A stretch of 64,000 bases of DNA from Squalus acanthias (Eukaryota), in NCBI GenBank assembly GCA_030390025.1, contig CM059432.1:135286001-135350000 (forward strand), in the 5' to 3' direction. Numbering within the stretch: the stretch's first letter is position 1; each line of letters opens with the position of its first letter. Below, one piece after another: positions 50,671-62,543 of this stretch. Both the position numbers and the translations under genes were made by a program. The notes beneath the pieces were generated by a model, which searched no databases, was not told the origin of the DNA, and saw nothing but the letters and a program-made list of their open reading frames with translations.

Positions 50671-51825
50671 ACTTATTTAATAACAATTGGTAGAGAGCAA
50701 AATGTACACGTGCTGCTTTCTTGGGTAAATATAGAATATATATTGAGCAAAGAATTGCACAATCATCTTTAGGCTACTTTACAGGCAGCACCAAACCACA
50801 GTTGTTAACTCCTCAGTGTAATAGGAATTTCTGAGCCTGGAAGGGCACTGTGGCAGCACAAACTAGGTGGGTGGGCCAGATTTGGGGCAAGACCTGGTTC
50901 CACTTGGTCTCCGCCCCTTTTTTCAACACGGTGAGATGTCACCAATTGTGTTGGCGGACACCTCTTGCACCTAAAGCCCCAGTGCAGATATCACGATCAG
51001 AGGTGGGACTGACGGGCTGATTTCATCCGTCAGAAATCCCAACATTTCCAACACACAGTACGCCTGCACGATTCCCAAGCAAGCAAACAGAAACTTTAAA
51101 ATCGCAACTGTTTTGAAGCTTGTTGTCCGAATGGTCCATGCCCCTGGTGGAGCATTGAGAGAGGGCCATTGCCGAATTCCTGGACTCTGCAGGGTGGCGG
51201 CCCAGGGAATGCTGGAAATGGCACCGGAACCTGCCTCTTCCCCCGCTGTCCCAGATCCTGCAGTCATTTGCACAGAGTCTAGGGCCAGGGCAGACTAGTG
51301 GGTGGAGAAGTGAGGCACCAGAAGTTTGGGGGCCTTTATGGGTAATGAAGGACATCGACAACAGTCCCAAAACAGAATAAAACATTTTTTTTTCTCAACA
51401 GTACGTAATTTTACAACAACAAACATCTGAGAGTAACTCCTAAGGTGCAAACATCCACTCCACTCTCCCAATACTCTTCTTTCCTCTGCTGTGGGTGCCA
51501 GTCTATGCTAGGTTGCAGTTACGTGGACACCAGAAAACCCTTCAGTAACAACCTTTTATTCCGCCCCCCCAGACGTGAACCCCGACAACATTGGGGGAGG
51601 GGGGGGGGGGGGGGGGAGAGATCTTCAGTGGCTCCGCTGGGCGGAAGCGGCCCGAAGATCACGGGGAAAATTTCCCGCTCCCAATCCAGCCAGCACCGTC
51701 CTGAAAGAGGCCTACCACTGGGTGGCCAAAGTCGCCGCCTGCTTCAGGCGATAGACTCTTTTAAATATGCAAATTGCAGTCCGATGACGTACATAAGACC
51801 CCGCTTGCCATTTGGGAGACAATTA

Positions 51826-52330
51826 TAAAAAAGGATATAGAGGCACAGAAGGTGCAAAAAAGATTTACCAGAACTGAGAGGTTATAACCATCAGGAAAGA
51901 TTGAACAGGCTGGGGATCCTTTCTATAGAAAAAAGTAGGCTGAGGGTTGAGCTGATAGTGGTCTTTAACATTATGAAGCGGTTTGATAGGGTAGACGTAG
52001 AGAAGATGTTTCCACTTGTGGGGGAGACCAAAACTAGGGGCCATATAAGATAGTCACTAATAAATCCTATAAGGAATTCAGAAGGAACTTCTTTACTCAG
52101 AGTGGTTAGAATGTGAAACTCGCTAACACAGGGAGTATTTGAGGCAAATAGCAGAGATGCACTTAAGGGGAAGCTAAATAAACACGAGGGAGAAAGGAAT
52201 AAAAGGATATGTTGATCGGGTGAGATGAAGTAAATAGAGTGGGAGGAGGCTCATGGAGCATAAACACCGGCACAGACCGGTTGAGCCGAATGGCCTGTTT
52301 CTGTGCTGTGAATTGTATGTAATTCTATGT
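51826..52330 (+). mobile_element. CR1 LINE 3' fragment
   Basis: Same subfamily as 8285-8790; ends attctatgt. Confidence 0.85.
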
Positions 52331-52624
52331 ACTGTAGTTATTCTCAGTAAAATTTACAGTGTGATAAGGTATCAAGATAGACGTCGGTGAAGATTGGGAC
52401 TCTAACTTTCTGTGTGACATAACCATGTTTATATCATTCCCATTCAAATTATATTCACCACAATTCATTTAGTTCTGTGATAAATGGGATGCCTAACAGA
52501 TGCTGGTTATGTATATTTTTAAAAATTCATCACACTTTTGTTTTCAACTACGACCTATGATTTAATCAGCTCAGTTGTACGTGAAACATTGCGTGTCACA
52601 AGTATAAACACAAAAGATCATTAC

Positions 52625-52689
52625 TTTTCCGACAATTCCAATCCCACAGTCTGCTGCTTGGATCATGCTGACGTCATTACCTCCATCAC
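52625..52689 (-). CDS. ATP9B: ATP9B coding exon (65 nt), GDGGND hinge motif
   Basis: (G)[21 protein letters not shown]; cag/gtaat boundaries; phase matches the previous exon. Confidence 0.96.
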
Positions 52690-52965
52690 CTGCAAAACAA
52701 TTCATCAATAAAGTAAATCTTTCACTTAGCTGCTTAATAATAATAAAAAAGAATTGAACAAACATCAAACTATCCTGAAGGAAAGAGTTAAACTGCTTCA
52801 AAAGTGAAACAAAAAAAATATTTAGCTCACATGTAGGCTTAATCTTGAATAATGAAGGTTTATTTATATATACCGCACCAGTATCTAAAAACATAAACGG
52901 TCAAGTTGCTGGCCAATCTAATTAATGGAAGGTGAGCACAGAATTGCCAGGTATCATTAATTGTT

Positions 52966-53091
52966 CTGACGAAAGGTTATCGACCTGAAAAGTTAACTCT
53001 GTTTCTCTCTCCACAGATGCCTGACCTACTGAGTATTTCCAGCATTTTCTGTTTTTATTTCAGATTTCCTACTTAGCAGTATTTTGCTTTT
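52966..53091 (+). mobile_element. 126-bp PLE family B insertion beginning at a hammerhead core (52966-52997)
   Basis: CTGACGA-A-AGGTT-atc-GACCT-GAAA-AG-TT-AAC; 15-bp direct repeat gtatcattaattgtt at 52951-65 and 53092-106. Confidence 0.82.
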
Positions 53092-53911
53092 GTATCATTA
53101 ATTGTTGGCCAGTTTTCAAATTAAACAGATGACAACTTTTTTAAACTTCAAAATCTCATCAGCAACTCTACAAAACAAATTCCCAAGCGCACTGTACAGT
53201 GCTCCTTTAATGGACAATGATTACATTGCTGATGTGCTCTCGATCACTTGCCCTGTACGACAGCATCATCGCCACCCAGTGGATTTATAAACACATTACA
53301 TCTGCACAAACAATAAAAGGGGGAAATAAAGCACAACTTAGGTGCACCAACAGAAATTCAAATATTATTTGAAAATACAGATAAACTCATGATAAACCTC
53401 TAACTTGTTATTTCTAAACCCTATGACTGAAGTAGTTGAATATTTTCGAGCAGAGATTGCTGATGGGTACACTATTGCTAAGCGATACAAACTATAAAGA
53501 ACTGATTATTATATTGGTTTGAATTTTTAAAACTGATGAAAGGGAAGGATGATTCCTTTCTCTGATAAGTCTACCACGTTTGGGAAACAAATCTCCCACG
53601 TTCATGGTCCCAGTTCTCCAAAGGTTTGAATATAGAGTTTAATACTTTACCTGACTGGATGGCACAAGATTGGTGCAGATTAACAGTACTGTAGCATTAT
53701 TTAAAGAATATTCTTATTCATGGAGTAAGAATCAAATGGGAAAATATCACACCAAAAAAAGCAATTCTTAACTGCAAAGTAGGCAAGCAAAGTTTTGATG
53801 AATGCATTGATTTTTTTCTGTCTCTGGCTCCCGCACAAAGATATCAAGACATGAATTTGTATTTCTGCTTCACAGTATAAAGGCAAAGAGTCAAGAATAA
53901 TTCCTGCTTAC

Positions 53912-54056
53912 CTATTGCACATGTGCGCTTGCCTGTATGCTGTTGCAACAACTTCACAATTTGAGCCTTTTGTGTGGGAGAACATCTGCAGCAGACAACA
54001 GCTGGGCACTGGCATGCGAGTTCCACAAATTCATGCTCATAATACTTCAGGCAAAC
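53912..54056 (-). CDS. ATP9B: ATP9B coding exon (145 nt)
   Basis: [48 protein letters not shown]+G; tag/gtaag boundaries. Confidence 0.96.
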
Positions 54057-54639
54057 CTAAGGTGGTATAAATGAAAGCAGCTCGAGAACAATGTACACAC
54101 CTTTTATGCAATGTCAAATACACGTCAGCAACATTCCCGACAACTTTATTAGAGATACTGACCTGCTGCTCTTCTAGCGCACATCAGAAAAATTGAAATT
54201 AAGCATCGTGAAGCACAGGCTTGGGTGTGGAATTTTCCAGTATGTACCATGAGTGCTGAAGCAGAAAAAGTGGGTTGCTGATATTGAATTATGTGCAAGG
54301 GAACACTAGAGAAGAGGAGAATGATTCCTGATGGACAAGCCTGTGAATGACCACATCATACTATTGGAGCTGATGCTTGCAGTTCTGAGAGTTTTGTTAA
54401 CATTTCAATGCCTGTGGATTGGTTTGAAATTTCAAAAAGTACATACAAGTAATGTAGATCGGTGCAAAATATACAAAGATTCATGTCTGCTCTATAATGA
54501 CAACGCGGAAATCATTATTAGAACAAAGGAGCTCCTTTCTAGTTATTTTCATTGATGCATAGTTACCCTCAAGTGCAAGTTTAAATCAGTTGTTTCATCA
54601 ATAAAACACAGCGTCACCCATTCAACCCTAGGTGGTGTT

Positions 54640-54910
54640 CCTCCAAATCTGGCCTCTTGCGCATCCCCAATTTCCTTGGCCCCTCCATTAGAGGCCGCGC
54701 CTTCAGCTGCCAGGGCCCCAAGCTCTGGAATTCCCCCTCCCTAAACCTCTCCACCTCTCTCTCCTCCTTTAAGACGCTCCTTAAAACCTACCTCTTTGAC
54801 CAAGCTTTTGGTCACCTGTCCTAATTTCTCCTTACGTGGCTCGGTGTCAAATTTTGGCTGATAATGCTTCAGTGAAACACCTTGGTGCTGTATAAATACA
54901 AGTTGTTGTT
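54640..54910 (+). mobile_element. L2 LINE 3' fragment
   Basis: Matches ~4150-4433. Confidence 0.85.
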
Positions 54911-55941
54911 ATCTTGCAGGATTCCTTTAGTGAATTCTAGAAAGTTAATGGGGAGGTAGTCATTTTGTTTGAGAGAAGGCTGCCTTTCTATCATGTGACA
55001 GATCTTAGCTTGTACACAGAGTCAGGATCACAGGAGTTGACCCTTTCCAACTAAAGAATATTCTCAGAATTATACTTCAATTGGTCATACTCAAAGGCAT
55101 CCAGAAGGTCGGTTAATTCACTCAATTGTTTCAATGAATCTCAACCATATCGTTTCATGTAACCCTGACATCACATTCAACCATCTCTAAAGTGTTCAGG
55201 GAATAGTGCAATTCATAGAATCTTACAGCACAGCCCATTCGGCCCATCGTGCCTGTGCTGGCACTTTAAAAGAGCTATCCAATTAGTCCCACTCCCCCAC
55301 CCTTTCCCCACAGCCCTGCAGTTTTTTTCCTTTTCAACTATATATCCCAATTAGTTAATTTAGTTTTTCACAATAGTATTATTAGTACTTGATGAAAAAA
55401 TACAAGAGAAACATGGATTCATTTTACAAGTTGGCTTGCCTAAAGTCAGCAATTTAACTCTCTTATTCTTAAGAATTCAACAAGTTTCAATGAGAACTGG
55501 CCTTTTGTTTTGCCCCGGTTAAGAGGGGAAAAAAGCTAAATAACACTTTACATAATGGTTTAAAATCAGCTGCTTCAAGTCAGACGTAAAGAATTGGACC
55601 GAATATAACGCCCTCAGAACTAGTAGAACTGGAACACAAAACACTGAATATACAGTAACAGGATCAAGCAATGTAAATATCTGATGGAACTGTCTCAGTG
55701 AATGTAAGAGTTATGATGACACTGAACACAATCCGATTATTCCAAATACTATAGGTCTTTGTTAGGAGAGCATTCTGTAAAAATGAATATAAACTACAAT
55801 GAAGTTATGCAGTTATTATTCATGCGGAGGGATTTTTTTTTAATAAAAGTGCTACTAACTCAAAAGTTCATTACTAGCTAATACACCAAGGGTTCCATAT
55901 GGTCTTTGTACAACATTCTTTGGGAAGCTGCAAGCCCTTAC

Positions 55942-56031
55942 CTCTAAAGAATCTCCTGATATAACCAGTGTACAGTCATGTTTCCTCCTGAAAGCATTCA
56001 GCTCCAAATGAGCTTCGCCACGATTCATTAC
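55942..56031 (-). CDS. ATP9B: ATP9B coding exon (90 nt)
   Basis: [30 protein letters not shown]; cag/gtaag boundaries. Confidence 0.96.
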
Positions 56032-56445
56032 CTGCAAGGACAAACCTCTCATTGACACACTCAGTTAAGATAATGTGCATATCGGCGCATAACAAAACAA
56101 CAATGTGCATTGTATTCGGGGCAGACAGAGAAGCAAATCTAGTAATAAAGAATCAATTTAGATTAAATATTGAGAAATATAACTACAGAAATTACATCAC
56201 CACAAAGATGCGGATCATCACTGAATGCAGCGAGTATTTCACAACCTAGAGTAAATGCTTCCGTTGATTCAATTAACTTTTATAACCAAACTGTGATAAA
56301 TTTTGTTCAAGCAGATGATGTGTGTAACAATGTTATTCCCTCAAATGAAATGTTATTTTCAGTTGTCACTCGCGTAAAATAAGCTTGTTGAGGGTATTAA
56401 ATAGGCACTTGTGTCCTCAGGCTCAAACACCATCCATAGTTTTAG

Positions 56446-56895
56446 AAATAAAAACAGAAAATGCTGGAGATACTCAGCAGGTCAGGCAGCATCTGTCTTT
56501 TTGTCTGTGTTTTCTGTTCTTCTCTCCCACATGGCAGCTGTCTTTCATTTTGCCAGTGCAATTCACACTTCATCTAGAGCCATCCTTTGTTTCTTAACCT
56601 GTCCCATTACCATCTCCTTTTGCCTTGAATATCTCTTAATGTCTCTTAACCTCTCCTGCCTTCTATCCTATCACAGACCTTCCCTTTTGTTATTTCATCC
56701 CCTCCCCCCTTTCCCTGCCCCTACACTTGCTTAAAAATCTGTTCCATTTCCTGCTTTTTTCCAGTTCTGACAAAAGGTCATCGACCTGAAAAGTTAACTC
56801 TGTTTCTCGCTTCACAGATGCTGCCTGACCTGCTGAGTATCTCCAGCATTTTCTGTTTTTATTTCAGATTTCCAGCATCTGCAGTATTTTCTTTT
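56446..56895 (+). mobile_element. PLE family B insertion with inverted 5' terminal segment; decayed hammerhead at 56762-56799
   Basis: 56446-56495 is the reverse complement of ~56814-56865; 13-bp TSD tccatagttttag at 56433-45 and 56896-908; core reads CTGACAA. Confidence 0.82.
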
Positions 56896-57102
56896 TCCAT
56901 AGTTTTAGGTTTCCCCCCAGTTTTGCATGAGCTGACTCACTGCTACCCTCTAGTGGATGGAAAATTTCACACAGATTTTTATGCATGCATTGACCCCCCC
57001 CCCTCACACTCTCCACCTCTTCCCTCCTGAAAGCATCGACTCCTTGCTGGGGTGCGAGACTTAATCTGTGTGGCTCAACTTCTCTCTGGATAACATTGCT
57101 CA

Positions 57103-57752
57103 AAATTGAGAGGTCGCACAACACCAGGTTATAGTCCAACAGTTTTATTTGAAATCACAAGCTTTCGGAGCTTACTACTCCTTCGTCGGGTGAAGTAAAA
57201 AGATACAGAATCGCCAAAGCATATATAGATAGAGAACAATGCATGTGTACCTTACAATTGCAGACAACTAAATTAAATCATCCTGACTATCTGCCGAGGT
57301 GTGATAAAGTTAATCAGGTCAGCCAGGAAGGTACCACATCAAAGACATAGCAAGATACAACTGAGACAATGAGGTGGAGTCGCAGGGGGTCTAACGTGTC
57401 AAAAGCTGCCGTCTGTATGTAAAACGATAAGCTTAAAATTTTTTACTTTTTTACTGGGAAAATTTTTACTTTTTTACTGGGAATCACATCTGTGAACAAG
57501 CCAACGACGACCCGAGTCCGGATCACGTCATGTATCGTGACATAAACCCAAGATCCCGGTTGAGACCGTCTTCATGAGTGCGGAACTTGGCTATCAGTTT
57601 CTGCTCGATGATTTTGCGTTGTCGTGTGTTCCGACGAAGGAGTAGTAAGCTCTGAAAGCTTGTGATTTCAAATAAAACTGTTGGACTATAACCTGGTGTT
57701 GTGCGACCTCTCAATTTTGTCCACCCCAGTCCAACACCGGCATCTCCGCATC
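57103..57752 (-). mobile_element. PLE family A insertion with inverted pseudo-LTR; two hammerhead copies (57155-57193 minus, 57631-57665 plus)
   Basis: NTRQRKIIEQKLIAKFRTHEDGLNRDLGFMSRYMT* on minus; 13-bp TSD ataacattgctca at 57090-102 and 57753-65. Confidence 0.88.
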
Positions 57753-59067
57753 ATAACATTGCTCAGCCATTGCATGGCCTTTTTTAATCAAATCAACACA
57801 TTTTGACTGTCAGTTTCATCATCCATATGACTTTTTCCACATTACCTCATATAGAAAACAATACTTAACAGTTACAAGCAGCATATAAGCAATAATCTAG
57901 TATGTAAGCTTCGACCAGGAAATATGTGCCAACAGAAAAAACAAATTTACAGGATAAATGCACTGGGAATTGTGGAGATACCTTGTGTGTAACTAGACTC
58001 ATTAGCTCGCAAGAAATATATGCTTGTGGAAATCTCCTTTTAAAGTAACAGTCAAGATATCACAAAAAGTCATCCTGCTTGGGTAAAGTTAAACTAATCT
58101 GACCAGATTTTCAAAAAAAATTGAATCTGTAAATATTCATTTTAGTGTTAAACAATTTCATTTTTTTTTTATACACTTGTGCCATTTTACTGTTTGCAGT
58201 CAAAGTTTTATGCTAAATATTTGTCCATTTTGTAAATTTTGTAATTTAAAGAAAGTTATGGAGATCAAGTTAGCAATACTACTTGCAGAAATAGGTTTGA
58301 TTACGTTGTAGGGCATTTTCTAATGTTATTCAGATGTGAATGAGCATTAAGTTCCAGTTTTCAATTTGCCTAATACTGAAAGGAGCTCGGGTGCGTGAAA
58401 TTTTTCTATGGGTTACAATGTGATGGGTTGTATATTGGCCAAACCAACAGTATCACATACACAAGTGACGAAGTGTGCTAGCTTGGTCCAGCCTAGCTGT
58501 GATGCTGAAGACTGCTCCACTAGTTTGAGATGGCAAGGGCAGCAAAAGAAATGGGAAGATCAGAGCTGACAGATAAGATGTTTGAAATACAACACAATCC
58601 GTGCTTTCAAGGTGGGGCTTGATGGCTCCATTCAACTGCAGAAGGCAACAGACCATCCAATTCATTTAAACAGGCTATCGAATTCACTTACCCCTTCTGG
58701 AAAACACGGAGAGTTTAAGGACAAGATTTGTGCAGAAATTTCATTCATTAAATGGGCTATTAGCTTATATGGTCTATTCACTTAAGTAGGTTTCATTGTA
58801 TTAACTAAGAGATTAAGTAACTCTATAGAAGAAAATTCAGCCATTATCTCATTTACAAAACCTTTTCCACTTTGCAATGTGTGCTACTAAAACAATTCCA
58901 ACTGCACCCTTTTGAACCAAATGTTTTGTCTCACTTTCTTGTACTTTAGGCCAGCTTGCAAAAGGTGTTCATTACTACACATGTGGAAGAATATATGTTT
59001 ATAAAACTTTTTAAAAGTTTTCTCCCGAACATCTGAAAGACACTCAATTTGAGTCAGTTGTACTTAC

Positions 59068-59166
59068 CGGCCGGAAGATGTGTACATCCTGATTCCTGGA
59101 CACCAGATGTGAGCTTTTTGCGATGCAAGTAGCCGTTTCCAGTTTATCTCCTGTCAACATCCATAT
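59068..59166 (-). CDS. ATP9B: ATP9B coding exon (99 nt), P-type ATPase TGD motif
   Basis: [33 protein letters not shown]; cag/gtaag boundaries. [10 protein letters not shown] fits ATP9B rather than ATP9A as I recall them. Confidence 0.96.
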
Positions 59167-59833
59167 CTGGAGAAAAAAAATTCCAAGCAAAACTCCCATT
59201 AAACTGCATGCGAAGTGATCACTACTGAAAAAGATACGTGCTCTAATTGAGGGCCAAGAGACTGAATCAGACCCGAAAAGTGTGCGTATTCAATAGTACC
59301 ATTTAAAAGTTGAATTGAAGTTAGATTCTGGAGAATTGCATGTTACATCTGTGTGTGTGTAAGGGGGGGGGGGGAAAAGAGAGGGGCGCGGCACAAAGTC
59401 AACAGTCCAATGTTGACAAATTCAACTCCACTCCATATTTTATATTTTACTGCTGTTTCCAGTAAGTGATATAAAAATTCTGATGGAGTGGAGGTGGGGA
59501 GAAAGAAAGTTTTAAAAAGTGTTGAGAAATCGATCATTTGTTAACTCTTCCAGGTCATAACAAAGTTCTTGGAACATTGAAAAAGTTGGTAAGATGCAAC
59601 TTGATTTGATGGATCAGTGGACACGAGATGGGCAGGTCTCTCAGCAAACTGTGCTTCACGGGTAGAGAGAGCATCCAAAGGCATTTCCACAGATGGTGCA
59701 TTGGGAGTGCTATTCTGCAGAGTCAGAAATGCTGAATCCTCTCAAAACTAGTGTCTCCTACCAGATAGTCCTGGGATCACTAATATTCAAATAAGGACAC
59801 ATCTATACAGAAGAATTGCTCAAGCATAATATA

Positions 59834-60131
59834 CAGGTTGAGCATCCCGAATCCGGCAACCTCGGGACCGAGGCCAAGCCGGTTTTCATGTTTTTTCCGG
59901 ACTTCGGAACGTGTTTCTGATGTCCGAAGTCCGGAAATATCGCAACCTGGGCTCGGGCGTTTCTGGACTTCGGACATCAGAAACACGTTCCGAGTCTGGA
60001 AATGCCTGGGCCCAGGTTGCGGTTTGACAGGGTGTCCGGATTCCGGAACATTTTACGGATTCCGGACGACCCTGCCACCAATCGTCCCAGAGTCCGGATT
60101 CCGGAACTCTGGATTTTGGACGCTCAACCTG
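59834..60131. mobile_element. Tc1/mariner-pogo (Tigger-like) palindromic MITE
   Basis: TA-CAGGTTGAGC...GCTCAACCTG-TA; long internal inverted repeat; many TCCGGA motifs. Confidence 0.82.
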
Positions 60132-60639
60132 TACCACAATTCATTTCAAAATGAACAGGGCAGAAATGATCACTGACGCACTTTGCAAATACCTTTCTAG
60201 TGATTAATACCACATTCAAAGTTATTTTTGTAAACATATATAAAACAAAGCACACATTCACTGTTTTGTCCACCCTACAAAGTAACAAATTAATCCTTGC
60301 TCAAATTAGACCTTCATTTCCCATACAGAAAACTACTACAGTCTATAAAGGGACGTGATTATGGCCTTAGCATGGATACAATTATGCATGCATTCTACTT
60401 CAATTTAACTTTGAATAGGTACTATTGAATACACATCTTTCTCATTAAGTGTGCTTCAGTCTTGGCCCTTCATCAATCAGAACACATGCAATGTTTTTCA
60501 ATATGACTTCAATTAATTAAAGTCTACCTTAATTTACATAATAAATGGTGAAAATCAGAGTACTTAATTGATCCCAATGAACTTTACTTCTAATGCCTAT
60601 AATGTTCCACAGTATACTTCACGGTTATGTTACACTACA

Positions 60640-61120
60640 GCTACAACAAAAGTAACTTGCACTTATATACAATACCCGCCTTTAACATAAAAAGAGAGTC
60701 CCAAGCTCGTACACAACTGGAAATGGATGGGGAAACGAGCAATGAAGGGATAGATTAGGAGGGGTGACCAAAAGATTATGTTCAAAAAGATGGATTCTGA
60801 GAAATCTTTTAAAGCAGGAGTGAGAAATTTGAAGAGTTAGTGGGGTTTAGGTAGGGAGTTCCGAGAGTGGAGCCAAGATGGCTGAAAGTTCTGGGACAAA
60901 GACAGGAGGGATGCACAAAATGTCAGAGCACCAAAGTGTGTGCAGGCATATAAAGCTAGAGGAGATCACAGAGATAAGAGTGGAGCAAGGCCATGGAGGG
61001 ATTTGAAGATGAAGGAGGACAAGGAGTTTAAAAATGTAACATGTGGGGGAACAGAGCCAATGTGTGCCAGTGAGGAAGGGGGATGATAGACAATCAGCAT
61101 TTAGTGTAGGACAGGACATG
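60640..61120 (-). mobile_element. Highly degenerate L2 3' fragment
   Basis: aacttgcacttatata tail and patchy similarity to 25395-26150. Confidence 0.55.
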
Positions 61121-61282
61121 GGTGGGCAATGTTGTGTGGTGGAGAGCTGTTTAGTGGTGGGGAAATGTGATAAGCACCTTACCACTTTATTCATATCCTT
61201 TGATGTTTTTCAGTACAATACCCTTAAATTAGTAATAAATTATGACCTATGAAAATTGTACTAGAGACTACTCAATTCTGAC

Positions 61283-61453
61283 CTTTATTCCAGCATTTCT
61301 CAACATCTCTAGAGTTGGCCTCACATCTGCTTGTAGCTGATCCTCCACTCCAGTAAGACAGAGAAGTTCCATTTCTCGCTCAAGACTCTCCACAACAGCT
61401 GCCACCTTTAGTGAGCGATCGTGAACACTTAGCTTTGCTTGATTATACCGGTT
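61283..61453 (-). CDS. ATP9B: ATP9B coding exon (first in window; 171 nt, phase 0-0)
   Basis: Translates [57 protein letters not shown]; cag acceptor (61454-56) and gtcag donor (61278-82). Upstream exons lie outside the window. Confidence 0.96.
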
Positions 61454-61826
61454 CTGTAAGAAGTACAAGGAAGTATTTTTAAACTGACTGTACAGACAAA
61501 AGTTGCAGCGGAAAATATTGCTGAAGTTGGGCAGAGAAATTCTTAAAGTGTGACACCAACGAGCACCCACAGTGTGCCTTGTACATATTTGATTAAGCAT
61601 AACTTGCATGGACAAGTTTATAATAGAAAAAGATGCTTCCTGATCAGTGTGTACACAATATAACTGTCTAAAACTCAAATGGCAGCTAGCAGACATGACA
61701 TAATCCCATCTTAATTCCACTCAACATTATTTGCTTGGCACGTTGGTTGGCTTGGCTGCAGAAGAGGAATCCTCTGTCGATAAGGCTGTTAAAAAAATAT
61801 ACAGCATCCTTGGCTTTCTGAATAGA

Positions 61827-62096
61827 TGCGGAGAAGGGATATGGTGAGAGATCGGCTACAGACAGCAGGATTTGACACGTTGGACCCCCTGGGATACATC
61901 TCATTGTCTTGGCTGTGCTCTTGGTGTGTCTTTGATGTAAGGAAAGATTGTATCTCTGTAGTATCTGTGTTTATATTGTGAACTTTTGTAGATTCACTCA
62001 GTGTAACTCTACCTGAAGAAGGGGCAGGATAGCTCCGAAAGCTTGTAATTTTAAATAAATCGGTTGGACTATAACCTGGTGTTGTGCGACTTCTCT
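61827..62096 (+). mobile_element. PLE family A (divergent subfamily) pseudo-LTR
   Basis: Similar to 330-630; TSD tttctgaat(a/c)ga at 61815-26 and 62097-108. Confidence 0.8.
62010..62047 (+). ncRNA. Minimal hammerhead ribozyme motif (family A variant)
   Basis: TAC-CTGAAGA-A-GGGGC-aggata-GCTCC-GAAA-GC-TT-GTA; intact core. Confidence 0.8.
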
Positions 62097-62543
62097 TTTC
62101 TGAATCGAGGCATAGAGTACAAAAGCAAGGAAGTTCTGCTAAACCTCTATAAATCACTGCTTAGGCATCAGCTGGAATAGTGGGTCCAATTCTAGGTACC
62201 ACACTTTAGGAAGGGTGTCAAGGCCTTGGAGAGGGTGCATAGTATATTTACTCGAATGGTACCAGGGATGAGGGACTTCAGTTACATGGAGAGACTAGAG
62301 AAGCTGGGATTGTTCTCCTTAAAGCAGAGAAGGTTAAGGGGAGATTTAATACAGGGATTCAAAATCATGAAGGGTTTTGATAGAGTAAATAAGGAAAAAC
62401 TGTTTCCACTGACTGAAGGGTTGGTAACCAGAGGACACAGATTTAAGGTAATTGGCAAAAGAGCCAGAGGTGAAATGAGGAGAAATGGCACTTTCATCAG
62501 TTACAGATCAGGCTGCTAGAATCCTAGTTTGTTTATAGGAATC

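Larger units (their letters stand above)
61785..62486 (+). mobile_element. CR1 LINE 3' fragment interrupted by a PLE
   Basis: ERVHSIFTRMVPGMRDFSYMERLEKLGLFSLKQRRLRGD. Confidence 0.88.

Noticed and set aside
50860..51825. GC-rich segments resembling MITE interiors
   Set aside because: Termini and TSDs not resolvable; left unclassified.
53533..53570. CTGATGA followed by a stem (aagggaa/ttccttt)
   Set aside because: No GAAA after the stem and no stem I; not a hammerhead.
57523..57714. 63-aa ORF sharing an N-terminus with ORFs at 534-761 and 61789-62157
   Set aside because: Chimera of antisense pseudo-LTR and the GIY-YIG tail created by the inversion junction.
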